This document shows positions 24,268 to 35,636 of a DNA stretch of 64,000 nucleotides, one piece after another; the stretch's first letter is position 1; each line of letters begins with the position of its first letter. Origin of the DNA: Malacoraja senta. Its lineage: Eukaryota. The DNA is taken from assembly GCA_038087875.1 (NCBI GenBank), contig CM075986.1:14694001-14758000 (forward strand). Direction: 5' to 3'. The notes under the pieces are model-generated. The model saw only the letters and a list, made by a program, of their open reading frames with translations, was not told where the DNA came from and ran no database searches. A program made the translations under genes and the position numbers.

Positions 24268-26086
24268 TGGAAAAGAAAAAAATTAGTTAAGAACAAAGTT
24301 GGACCCTTGAAGACCGAAAAAGGTGAATTTATCATGGGGAACAAGGAAATGGCAGATGAGTTGAACAGGTACTTTGGATCTGTCTTCACTAAGGAGGACA
24401 CAAACAATCTTACCGATATAGCAGTGGCCAGAGGATCTGGGGAGACAGAGGAACTGAAGGAAATCCACATTAGGCAGGAAATGGTGTTGGATAGGCTGAT
24501 GGGACTGAAGGCTGATAAATCCCCAGGGCCTGATGGTCTGCATCCCAGGGTACTTAAGGAAGTGGCTCTAGAAATCGTGGATGCATTGGTGATAATTTTC
24601 CAGTGGATTGGAGGGTAGCTAATGTTATGCCACTTTTTAAGAAAGGCGGGAGAGAGAAAACGGGGAATTATAGACTAGTTAGCCTGACATCGGTGGTGGG
24701 GAAGATGCTGGAGTCAATTATAAAAGGTGAGATAGCCGCACATTTGGATAGCAGTAACAGGATCGGTCCAAGTCAGCGTGGATTTACGAAGGGGAAATCA
24801 TGTTGAACTAATCTTCTGGAATTTTTTGAAGATGTAACTAGGAAAATGGACAAGGGAAAGCCAGTGGATGTAGTGTACCTGGACTTTCAGAAAGCATTTG
24901 ATAAGGTCCCACATAGGAGATTAGTGGGCAAAATTAGAGCCCATGGTATTGGGGGTAGAGTGCTGACATGGATAGAGAAGTGGTTGGCAGACAGGAAACA
25001 AAGAGTAGGCATCAACGGGTCCCTTTCAGAATGGCAGGCAGTGACTAGTGGGGTACCGCAAGGCTCGGTGCTGGGACCGCAGCTATTTACAATATACATC
25101 AATGATTCGGATGAAGGGATTCAAAGTAACATTAGCAAATTTGCAGATGACACAAAGCTGGGTGGCAGTGTGAACTGTGAGGAGGATGCTATGAGAATGC
25201 AGGGTGACTTGGACAGGTTGGGGGAGTGTGCAGATGCATGGCAGATGAAGTTTAATGCGGATAAATGTGAGGTTATCCACTTTGGTAGCAAAAACAGGAA
25301 GGCAGATTACTATCTAAATGGCGTCAAGTTGGGAAAAGAGGAAGTACAACGGGATCTGGGGGTCCTTGTACATCAGTCTATGAAAGTAAGCATGCAGGTA
25401 CAGCAGGCAGTGAAGAAAGCGAATGGCATGTTGGCCTTTATAACGAGGAATCGAATGTAGGAGCAAAGAGGTCCTTCTGCAGTTGTACAGAGCCCTAGTG
25501 AGACCACACCTGGAGTATTGTATGCAGTTTTGGTCCCCTAATTTGAGGAAGGACATTCTTGCTATTGAGGGAGTGCAGCGTAGGTTTACAAGGTTAATTC
25601 CCAGGATGGCGGGACTGTCATATGCTGAGAGAATGGAGCAGCTGGGGTTGTACACTCTGGAGTTTAGAAGGATGAGAGGGTATCTCATTGAAACATATAA
25701 GATTGTTAAGGTTTGGACACGCCAGAGGCAGGAAACATGTTCCCGATGTTGGGGGAGTCCAGAACCAGGGGCCATAGTTTAAGAATAAGGAGTAAGCCAT
25801 TTAGAACGGAGACGAGGAAACACTTTTTCTCACAGAGAGTGGTGAGTCTGTGGAATTCTCTGCCTCAGAGAGCGGTGGAGGCAGGTTCTCTGGATGCTTT
25901 CAAGAGAGAGCTAGATTGGGCTCTTAAAAATAGCGGAGTCAGGGGATATGGGAAGGCAGGAACGGGGTACTGATTTGGGTTGATCAGCCATGATCACATT
26001 GAATGGCGGTGCTGGCTCGAGGGGCCAAATGGCCTACTCCTGCACCTATTGTCTATTGTCTATTGTCTATTGTCTATTGTCTATTG
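24268..26086 (+). mobile_element. 5'-truncated CR1 LINE (ORF2 RT region to 3' end), pseudogenised
   Basis: KSPGPDGLHPRVLKE, NYRLVSLTS, YLDFQKAFDKVPH, GVPQGSVLGP, KFADD, RPHLEYC and TRGHSLRI...GTGY*. Tail (CTATTGT)x~6 at 26046-26086. Deletion near 24602, stop at 24804 and several frameshifts. Confidence 0.93.
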
Positions 26087-26637
26087 ACCCAATTTCCATA
26101 CTGTAGGGTTGTAGACTACACAACCAGAATACAAGGTGCTGTTTTCCACCCTGAAGAAGGCGTAGGACAGACAAGTCGGTGTGGGAGAGGGAAGGAGAAT
26201 TGAAATGACACATAACAAAGAAAGGTGGGGTTTTGTGTAATTAGAACAACAATAGCTAAACTTACACAAAAGAAAAAACATCTCTTCATTTTTATAGTGC
26301 TTCTCATACCTCAAGGTACCACATAGCTCTTTACAGTCAATGGAGCAATATCACCCAAGGGGGTCACATGAGTGGCAAGAGTGCCTGGTATAATGAGTCC
26401 AAAACTTTATTGAAATGCGACCACAGTTGTGATGTAGGATATGCTCCAGTCAGTTTCAGAGCAGCAAGATTCCATGAACAAAAATGTGATGATGACCAGA
26501 TAAACAGTTTTCTGTGATATTAGCTTAAAGATACAATGTCATCTCTTGTTTGCCATTAACTCAATTACATCCACCAGAGCAGACAATGAAGACATTAATT
26601 TATCATCTCATCTGAAATATAGCATGATATTACCTTG

Positions 26638-26745
26638 ATATTATCATCAGTCTGAAGAAGGGTCTCGACCCGAAACGTCACCCATTCCTTCTCTCCAGAG
26701 ATGCTGCCTGTCCCACTGAGTTACTCCAGCATTTTGTGTCTACCT
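26638..26745 (+). mobile_element. Short PLE-derived insertion (108 bp) with 14-bp TSD
   Basis: ATGATATTACCTTG at 26624-26637 and 26746-26759; contains an intact hammerhead-like core. Confidence 0.75.
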
Positions 26746-26859
26746 ATGATATTACCTTGGTTTGTTTTAGAGATACAATCAAACCTGTCTCTGCAAAATC
26801 ATCCATCCAATGAGTGGCATGACTCCATCCTCCAAACAATCGTTGACTCCAAAAAATGG

Positions 26860-27620
26860 GAAGTCAGGAGAGTTTCCATCGGTGGTTTGGCGATGGAAGG
26901 AATTGACATCTTCAAATTCTTACGTGTTAACATCTCAGACGGCCTACCCTGAGCCCAGCACATAGGGTAGCAAAGAACAAAGAAGGCTTGCCCACACCTA
27001 TACTTAGAGGTTCAAAGACATGTCACCAAATACATTGACAACTTCTACAGATGCTCTGTAGAAGCTATCCTTGCCTGGTAAGGCAATTCCAACACATATG
27101 AATGCAAGAGGCTGCAGAGAGTTGTGGACTCAGCCCAGTCCTTAACAGGCACCAGCCCGCCCTCCATCAAAAGTATCTACAAGAGGTGTTGCCTCTAGAG
27201 GGCAGCAGCTATCATCAAGGGTCCCCACCATCTGGGTCATGCCCTCTTCTCATTGCTACCATCAGGCAGAAGGTCTGAAGTTCCACACCACCACTTTCAG
27301 GAAGCTACTTTCCTACAATTATCAGGTTCTTAAAGATACTACAAAACCTTAATCCTACCTTGACAACAGAACACTGAAGACCACCTCTAGCACTATCATG
27401 GACTTGTTTTCTATTTGTGTTTTGTACTAGCATCGTGTTATTTACAATAATTTCTCATTTTACTATCTTGCAGAACTTTACGTTAAATTTATATATGATT
27501 AATGTTTTTGTGAGTTTGCATGAGTCTACGTGCCTGTGATACTGCTGCAAACAAGATTGTCATTGGACCTGTACATCAGCATACTTGTGCATATGACATT
27601 AAACTCGATTTGACTTCAAT
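26860..27620 (+). mobile_element. Rex1-like LINE 3' fragment
   Basis: FKFLRVNISDGL, KRLQRVVDSAQS and HLGHALFSLLPSGRR-like text; degenerate. Confidence 0.6.
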
Positions 27621-27769
27621 AGAAACTCCACTTGGGGCTCGGCCACAACAATAAATTATTCACTTCTCAAAATTTAGAAGTAGCATTCCAGTTGACATTG
27701 AGAACCTTGAGTCCAAAAGATTACAGCACCTCCTAAACTAATCACTCAGACACTGTCAGACACCTTCAC

Positions 27770-28052
27770 ACTTTGAACTTTAGGAATACAGCACGGAAAC
27801 AGGCCCTGCAGCCCACCGAGCCCGCGCCGACCAGTGATCACCCCGAGCACTATCCTACACCCCAGCGACAACTTACAATTTTTACCAAAGCCAATTAACC
27901 TACAAACCTGTACATCTTTGGAGTGTGGGAGGAAACCGGAGCACCCAGAAAAAACCCAAGCGGTCACAGGGAGAACATACAAACTCTATATTGTCAGGAT
28001 CGAACCCGGGTCTCTGGTGCCGTACAGCTGAAGCTCCACTGCTGCGCCACTG
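27770..28052 (-). mobile_element. V-SINE (HE1-like)
   Basis: Reverse complement of the SINE, including B-box (GGATCGAACC on +). Confidence 0.8.
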
Positions 28053-28987
28053 TGACGTCCACTCTTTATTTTTTCATATTTTAATTTCCAGATTGATTGC
28101 TGCTACTTCATCGGTGACAGAACCTGTTGACTCAACATCAACTATCCAAGAACTTATAGAACTGGAGTGGAAGCCAGTCAGCCTCAATCCCATAGACAAC
28201 CTAAGAAGATTAGTTATTTAAAAGTACACTCGCATCAAATTTCAAAGTCATGTTATGTGTGCACCTTTGTAGTCCCTATTTCCATCTTAATTAAAATTTT
28301 AATTAGTCACTCGGAGCATTGTGGGCAGATTCCTCACCGAGTAAAACTTGTTTCGCAGTAAGCCTGCTGCTCACAGATTCAATGCTGATCCACTTTGGAA
28401 GAGCTTGCTACATCAAAGCAAATATCAGCACAGAAACATGCCAAAGGTTGAACTGAAAAAAAACTGCAGTTGATTAAATCTGAAATAAAAACAGAAAATT
28501 ATGGGGAAAGTCTGCAGGTCAGGCAGCATCTGTTGAAATGTAAGGAGTCGTTGACCTGAATTATTAATTCGCTTTCTCTTTTCACAAATGCTGCCTGACC
28601 TGCTGAGTGTTTCCAGCATGTTTTTTTTATGAACATCTCTGAGATTAGCTGGACTATCTCACAATGACAGCCATTGCAATCAGAGAGATTTGCCATTTTG
28701 TACCTTTAATGTATTAACATTCTTGAATACTCCTAACCATACCAACCCTATTCTCTTCTACTGAAAAATAGTAAGATTAAACGAGAACTTACCAGTTTGA
28801 AGTTTGATCTTTATTTTATGAGGAGTTACGATGAGGGACTACGTGAAGAAGACCCCGTCCAGCCGCATGCGCGTCAATCTTCAAAGCAGCAGTGTGAAAT
28901 CACAGGTAATAGTAATTGAAGTATAATAGTAAGATTAGAGAAGACTAGAACTACCAGATGACCTTTAGGAGGGTTGGGAGCGGAGGG

Positions 28988-29100
28988 CACGTAGTCCCTC
29001 ATCGTAACTCCTCATAAACTAAAGATCAAACTTCAAACTGGTAAGTTCTCGTTTAATCTTACTATTTTACTTCGGAGTCACATGAGTGACTACGTGAAGA
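28988..29100. repeat. DIRS internal complementary region (ICR)
   Basis: 28988-29068 is the reverse complement of 28765-28845 (81 bp, 1 mismatch by eye). 29063-29100 is the reverse complement of ~33467-33504 (3 mismatches). Confidence 0.9.
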
Positions 29101-29257
29101 TTTCAAAGCTCTGTGATTTCATGCCGCAGATTCAAATCCCGGCGTCTCACTGCATCGATTGACTCAGAATGAGTAAATAATCAATAATGCATCAAACCAT
29201 AACATTGCTTTAAACGGATTAATGGTTTATTTTGTAAAGAAACAATAGCAACACCTT

Positions 29258-30198
29258 CTATCCCAGGGGGGAACAATAAAACTTTTGGAACATCAATTCA
29301 CTGGACCATCCTGCGGCCGCGAGAATATGGTCTATAGGGACGTCCATTGCCCTGGCCGCTGAAGTTGATGCCGCCCTGGTGGAATGAGATTTAAAATTTT
29401 CAGTGTCAATGCCAGCATAAACCATAACCTGCTTTAGCCACCTTGAAATAGTCTGAACTGACACCTTTCTATGCGTTTTTTTATGGCTAATAAACAATGC
29501 TGATTCCGCACCTCTTAGGGTTCTGGTAGCCTCGATGTAATATAACAAACATGACACCACACACAGGCGGGAATCCGTAGGGTATGCCGCAAAAGTAATC
29601 TTACACCCTGTCGCCCCTAGTCTACTCTGCTTGAACAAATCATAGATGTAAAAAGTGACAGCATCTGCTGACACTTCCATCCTGTCTAGTTGCAGCTTTT
29701 GTAATGTCTGCACTCGTTGGCTGAAACCAACGCCATAAGCATGACTACCTTCATGGTGACTTTGGTCAAAGACAGGGCTGTGACAGGAGTCCACTGACGA
29801 AGGAGCATAAGAACATCGCTTACATTCCAGATTACTGAATACCTGGGCCTGGGAGGATTAGAATTAAAAATTCCCTTCATAAATCTAGAGACTAGAGGGT
29901 GTGACCCCACTGGACATTCCTCAGATCCCATCCATAAGTATGAAGACAGGGCACTTCTGGCTGTATTGATCGCACTATAGCTTAACTTATGATCGAAATA
30001 GAGAGTTGACAAGAACTCCAGTACGTCTGGGATGCCTGCAGTTTGATATGAAATATTCTGCCGTAAGCAGAACACCTCCCATTTCCTTATAGAAGAAATG
30101 TACTGCTTTTGTGTACTATCCCTCCAGGCTGCAGTAATAACATCCATGGTGCGATCGGATAGTCCTCTCCCCAGGTATGGCCTTCTTAGAATCTGCAA
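29258..30198 (-). pseudogene. DIRS tyrosine recombinase (frameshifted near 29720)
   Basis: SAM-like N-terminus (AAWRDSTQKQY..W...SYSAINTARSALS). The first catalytic Arg region (LVSA/QRVQTL) is split by the frameshift. HSTR...GWSS...FQKFY catalytic C-terminus. Confidence 0.88.
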
Positions 30199-31820
30199 AT
30201 TAATAGATCAATACGATCATGTAAAGGGTGTTGATCGCCAGTTACCGGGTGCACCAGCAGGTTTCTATGTTTGGGCACAATCATAAAAGGCTGTGTGATT
30301 ATCTGCAACACGAGAGGGAACCATGGCTGAGTAGGCCAGTCAGGTACCACCAATACTCCTGAAGCGGAGTCCTGCTTAATTTTTTGTAGACACTGAATGA
30401 TGAGGCAAAATGGAGGAAATGCATATAAAAACATTCCTCCCCAATGCAGCGAGAATGCATCGACTGCTGCTGCCCCAGGATCCAGTTCCCATGAAACATA
30501 TTTAGGTAACTGGTGGTTTAGTCTGGATGCAAACAAATCGATATCTGGCATACCAAACCTAGCCACAACATCGTTAAATATCTCATGATTCAACATCCAT
30601 TCTGTGTTGTCATTGAATTGGCATGACCTTGTGTCTGCCACTATGTTAAATCTACCTGGTAAGTAGATTGCTGACAGCCAAATGTCTCTGGTAATACACC
30701 AGCTCCAAATCAGATTTGCCAATCTATCACAAGATTCTGACTTGACTCCACCCATATGATTAACATACGCCACAGCTGTAGTGTTGTCAATCTGAACCTG
30801 CACATGCAAGTGACTCTTAGTAGAGCAATAAGCTTTAAGCCCATAAAATGTTCCCAAAAGCTCTAAATAATTAATCCCTCGTAACTGCAGAAGAGGTGCT
30901 TCTTGCCTCTTCCATCTGCCTCCACAGCTGGAAATAGTATCCGTAGCACCCCAACCTAGAACACTAACATCCGTCTGTAAGACAATGGAAGGTGGGTCAA
31001 CCAAAATTTTGCTGGAACTACTTGAGACATTCATGATCCACCATTGTATTTCAGCAATGGCTTCAGCTGATAATTCCATGGGCCTGTCAAAATGACCTGA
31101 ATGTGTCCTCAGTGCCTGTTCTTTTGCTCGTTGTAATTGCTGGTAATGCAGAGGTCCAAACTGCACACCTGGAAAAGAAGCCACAAATTTGCCAATCAAG
31201 CTTGCCACTTGTCTAATTGAAGGTCGTTGTTCTCCAATGAGCTTAATACAGCCTTCAATTAATTGCAGCCTTTTATCCTTGGGCAGAGTCACTAACATGT
31301 GCTCTGAGTTAATAGTGAAACCCAAGTAATCAATAACTTTGTCTGGTGTTAATTTGGACTTATCTGAGTGAATGATAAACCCCAATTTTTCAAAAGTGAG
31401 CTTCACAACTGAAATGGATGTTTCAGCTTCGTCCCGAGTCTTTCCTACAATTAAAATATCATCCAAATAGGCCATTACAATATGACCCTGAGCACGAAAT
31501 AGCCCCAGGATTGGTTTTAACAATTTGGTAAATAATCTAGGAGCTGAGGTTAATCCATTAGGCAATGCTTTGAATTGCCACAATTGACTCATGCAGCTAA
31601 ATTTCAAATATCTCCTGTCATCGCAATGAACAGACACTGAGTAATATGCATCTTTAATATCTATGCTTGCCATATAACAACTTCTGGAAACCAATTGTTT
31701 AGCCGTAGCAAAGGTTTCCATTTTAAAATACCTAAATTGTACAAAGGGGTTAAGGCTCGTCAAGTCTAGAATGATTCTACATCCTCCATCCTTTTTTGAC
31801 CTAGGAAAAATATTTGACAC
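30186..31820 (-). CDS. DIRS pol: reverse transcriptase + RNase H + adenine-methyltransferase-like domain (544-codon open segment; N-terminal part in the frameshifted ORF 31856-32314)
   Basis: KKDGGCRIILDL, DIKDAY, LPNGLTSAPRLFTK, YLDD, TDVSVLGWG, INYLEL, DNTTAV, then DLFAS...DAFSLHW..YAFPPF...PDWPTQPWFP. Confidence 0.85.
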   Translation of the reverse strand: MSNIFPRSKKDGGCRIILDLTSLNPFVQFRYFKMETFATAKQLVSRSCYMASIDIKDAYYSVSVHCDDRRYLKFSCMSQLWQFKALPNGLTSAPRLFTKLLKPILGLFRAQGHIVMAYLDDILIVGKTRDEAETSISVVKLTFEKLGFIIHSDKSKLTPDKVIDYLGFTINSEHMLVTLPKDKRLQLIEGCIKLIGEQRPSIRQVASLIGKFVASFPGVQFGPLHYQQLQRAKEQALRTHSGHFDRPMELSAEAIAEIQWWIMNVSSSSSKILVDPPSIVLQTDVSVLGWGATDTISSCGGRWKRQEAPLLQLRGINYLELLGTFYGLKAYCSTKSHLHVQVQIDNTTAVAYVNHMGGVKSESCDRLANLIWSWCITRDIWLSAIYLPGRFNIVADTRSCQFNDNTEWMLNHEIFNDVVARFGMPDIDLFASRLNHQLPKYVSWELDPGAAAVDAFSLHWGGMFLYAFPPFCLIIQCLQKIKQDSASGVLVVPDWPTQPWFPLVLQIITQPFMIVPKHRNLLVHPVTGDQHPLHDRIDLLICRF

Positions 31821-32314
31821 AAATTGTTGCAGTTGACGAACCTCTCAATTATCCCTTAATTGCATAACTTTTCAAGTTCTGCCTGTATCCCGATATTTTC
31901 TTCCTGTGAGAAAATGAGTGTCCGGCTAGGAACATGCTGAGTGGGTGGACATAAATTGGGATAGAATTCAATTCGAAAACCTTCAATACTGCACAGCACA
32001 AACGGATCTAATGTTATCTCCTGCCATTCATTTAGAAACAAGTGTAACCTACCCCCAACTTGTAACTCTTTCCCACTTAAAATGTTTCTATCAGAAGCAA
32101 AACTACCTACCTGCATGGTTATCGGTGGAACTTGTTGCCCCCGGTTCCTCATGGGAAAATTCATGTTTGCCCGTGTGCCTGTAGCAGGGCGCAAGCTGCG
32201 CATATTGGGGAATGAACGACTTGTTCCTTCACCAGCCCCGGTCATTTCACCCCGTCGGTAGGGGAACTGCCTCCGAACCATTTTGCTGCCCATCGGCGCT
32301 TTGATTAACCCCAC

Positions 32315-33306
32315 TGCCTTCGCCTCATCATCGAGCTCTTTTACTTGCTTAGCGAGGTCCTCCCCAAACAGCAGATTTGGCAGTTGAACATTGCTGGGCT
32401 TGCACAGCGCTGCAAATTTAGGGTGAATCGTAGGGCGTATGGCACTTTTTCCTCAAACAGTTCACTTCAAAATGTGCACTGAACAGAAGACCTAAAGCAT
32501 CCTGTTGTGCTTCAGACAGGTGCCCCTCGTCCACCGTTCTGGCGAATGCAGTAATGCCTGCAGTAAGCAGCTTCAGCACCCGCTAGAGTTTTAACTCTTG
32601 TGCCCGAACACCAACTCCCATTTGGCCCCATATGACATGGTTAACCACCGGTACTTTCAGTAAGCCACAATTAACCGGGGTTCCATACCTCTTTGCGGTA
32701 TCATCCATTGTCAGCTCTTGGAGCTGATGGGAGAGTAAATAGTTAATAGTTGTGGCCAACTCCTCCCCCAAAGGCTCCCCTGCTTCTTTGGGGATACCAA
32801 ATTTTGCTGCCAAATGTGGTATTCCAATCTCATGCCCTTCACCCCTTGGGCTCTGCTCACCCACTGATTCGGCGTCAGTGTAACCCATGACCCATCAAAC
32901 TCTCCTCCTCCATGAGGGAGCGACTGAGCAGCCCTATTCCAGGCGCTGCTGGCACAGGCTCTCCATCAGCCCGGCGTGGACACCACTCCTCCTCCCGGAG
33001 TGTATCCTTTGCGAGCATCCTCTCCAACAGGAGCTCGATTTGAGATAGCTGTTTAAAAACGGTCTCCCCTTGCGGTGGTGAATCCTCCTGGCCCGACTCG
33101 GAGTCAATGGACCTAACAGACTTAGAAGTAGCCTTACGCCCCAACGGCGCGGCGACGGTGCTCACAGGCAATGTGTCTGCAGTCGCTAACCCCCCTGCTA
33201 ACGATGGTACAGGTGAACTAGGCGGGCACCCGCTACCCGCACTCCCGCGGTCTTCCAAGCTTTTAGCTGCGGGTCGCCTCGCCTTCACCTTAGAAGCTTT
33301 CTGCAT
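32315..33306 (-). pseudogene. DIRS gag-like ORF1 (frameshifted)
   Basis: Low-complexity N-terminus from the ATG at 33306; PVNCGLLKVPVVNHVIW and NLLFGEDL-like segments; lies upstream of pol inside the element. Confidence 0.7.
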
Positions 33307-33854
33307 ATTTGAACTGGACCTGAAAAACAAGCGTTTCCAGCAGAAAGCAACCTCCAACTAAGTTGAGCACGTACCTCGAGGTTTTAAACTTACCCGCTGG
33401 AGGAGCGCTGCTGCTCCAACCGGTCGCTGCGCCATGCGTCTGATGTAATGCGGCTGGACGGGGTCTTCTTCACGTAGTCCCTCACGTGACTCCGAGGTAA
33501 AATAAAATGTTTTACTCTCTTTCCCAGTTCTGAGGAAGGATCCCAGACTTAACCTTTTCCCTTTCTAATGATGCTTCCTGACCTGAGTGCTTCCATCATT
33601 TTCTGTTCCTCTTTAAAATTTCCAAGCATCTACAGCTTTTTACATTTTCTTTTAAATATTCCTGTTTATCACAACCCTTCAGTCATACTTCTTTGGCTGT
33701 CAATGTCCTGGCAGTATGAATGAAGCTAATGGATGCAAATATTCCTTTCTTTGTTTTCTTAGCGTACCTATGTCCCGATGTCACAATTCAATAATGCTTT
33801 CTTAGTCATCTGTCCACACTCCATTCATAACATCTGCTCCACTGCCTAAGGTGC

Positions 33855-34160
33855 TGATTGATTGGCTGAAAGATATAGCATGGAAACAGGCCGTTTTGCC
33901 CACCGAGTCCTCACCGACCATCAATCACCTGTTCACACTTGTTCTACATTATTCCACTGTCGCACCAACTGTCTATGAATTAGGGGCAAATTATAGAGGC
34001 CAATTAGCCTACAAACCTGCACGTATTCAAGATGTGGGAGAAAACGGCGGAAACCTAGAGAATGTGCAGACTCCACACCGACAATGGCCGAGGTCATTGA
34101 TCCCAGGTCTCTGGCGCTGTGAGGCAGCAGTTCTGCCAGATGCACCACTGTGTTGCCCAC
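33855..34160 (-). mobile_element. V-SINE with (TCAA)n tail; shares a 5' leader (34160-34387) with the copy at 16544-17138
   Basis: SINE head and tail on the minus strand; the leader aligns by eye with 14223-14238 + 16544-16715. Confidence 0.72.
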
Positions 34161-34646
34161 TGATGTTATGCTTGCAACTTAGACCTGGCAGGTAACTCAG
34201 AGGAAGCAGCTTCCTACCCCAGCTAATTCAATGAACATAATTCCAGATGTCCATCATTCCCAAAATGGGTGACCAGATATGTTGTGACTGAAGAGTTTTG
34301 GTCATTGGTTTCCCAGCTATCTATGTAAGCTTGAGGCCCTGGGAACTGGCGTTAGAGCCTCACACTGATGGATGTTGGGTCCTGGCACTGATGAATGTTT
34401 TGGAGAAGTGGTTAGATGAGATGTTGTGCACTGTGGTCATGTTGGCAGTGTGGGGGGGATGGACCGACAGTGGTGGATGGTTGGGCCACGGGGCAGCTGG
34501 TCACCTCAGCCTCAGGTTGTCACTGGGTCAGGAGCAACAGATCAGCGAGGCAGTGTTAGACTTTCAGGATAACTGGGACATCAGGAGGTTGGGATCAAGG
34601 AGGTGGATGGAACAGTACAACCAGGGGTGTGAGTAAATCAAGAGAT

Positions 34647-34930
34647 AGGCAGCACGGTGGCACACGCTGCCTTACAACGCCAGAGACCTGACAATGGGTG
34701 ATGTCTGTTCGGAGTTTGTACATTCTCCCCGTGATTGCGTGGGTTTTCCCCTGGCTGTTCCAGTTTCCACCCACACTCCAAAGACGTACAAGTTTGTATG
34801 TTAATTGGCGTGGTATAAATGCAAATTGTCCCTGGTGTGTGTAAGATAGTGTAAGTGTACGGGGATCACTGGTCGACCAGGACTCGGTGGGCCGAAGGGC
34901 CTGTTTCCGCGCTGTGTCTCTAAAAACTAA
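34647..34930 (+). mobile_element. V-SINE (HE1-like), internally deleted head
   Basis: GGCAGCACGGTGGC head, V-domain text, GGGCCGAAGGGCCTGTTTCC tail. Confidence 0.78.
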
Positions 34931-34953
34931 AGGATGGGAAGTAATTTGCTTAC

Positions 34954-35175
34954 CTGACGGATGTCGTACACTGAGGGGACCCATGGGTTGAACACGAATG
35001 GCCACTCCCGGAGCGCTGTGATGTACTGTAAGTTCCCCCACAATTTTCCATTGCACAGGGAATGACGTCACCCACATGTGCCTGAGACAGTGATTCAGTC
35101 CAGATGCAATGAAGACTCATCCTCAAAGTTCCAGAGTAATGGAAAATCACCCACAAAAACTGGTAATTGCGCTCC
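34954..35175 (-). other. Candidate spliced exon (222 bp) of an unidentified host transcript
   Basis: Pyrimidine-rich acceptor (TTTTTTCACAG) and donor CAG|GTAAGC; length divisible by 3 with one frame open; no recognisable repeat or protein motif. Confidence 0.35.
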
Positions 35176-35636
35176 CTGTGAAAAAAGATCAATTTTCAAT
35201 TGCAACTATAACTATAACTGTAATTTTTTATTTTCAATTACATCTAAAGCTAACAGTTATAGGCAGTTGCATTTCCTTCTACCGGCCCCCGTTCTTCTGT
35301 TGGAGGATGGCTGGGTTTTATTGCTGCAAACCTCTGCCTTAAGTCAATTTCCCAGCAGTGGTCTCTGGAGACAGAGGTAGGTAGTGTGAGCAGCAATGAA
35401 TCAGCTGGGAACCTGCAGCTACCTCAGCTCCCACTCACTCACATGAAGAATATGGGGGAGGTTGTTTGTTTTACTGTATCCCGGTTCCAAAAGAAAGGAC
35501 AGAGCTCGTAGGGTGGCTGCCTATTTACTGCCTATTTCCCACCTCCCTTTTTGAAATGTTTTCTTTCAATCATCTTGTTCGATCCCTCCTCCTACACTCC
35601 TCCTGGCTTCAAAGCCTCTTCCAGTCTGTCTTACAA

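Larger units (their letters stand above)
28765..33504 (-). mobile_element. Near-complete DIRS1-type tyrosine recombinase retrotransposon (~4.74 kb)
   Basis: gag-like, RT/RH/MT and YR ORFs on the minus strand. Inverted terminal repeats (28832-28868 vs 33448-33484). Internal complementary region 28988-29100 matches both termini. AAAATA occurs at both ends. Confidence 0.93.

Noticed and set aside
25314-25775. Long antisense ORFs over CR1 (also 42070-42462 and 1462-1671)
   Set aside because: Recurrent antisense open frames of CR1 ORF2, not independent genes.
28091-28410. Possible exons with good acceptors on either strand
   Set aside because: Frames close quickly or are phase-incompatible, and the peptides are unrecognisable; there is not enough support.
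29258-31820. Bacterial or phage integrase + RT + Dam methylase cassette (retron/DGR-like system or contamination)
   Set aside because: ORF order, ITRs and ICR match a eukaryotic DIRS1 retrotransposon, and it is embedded in vertebrate repeats.
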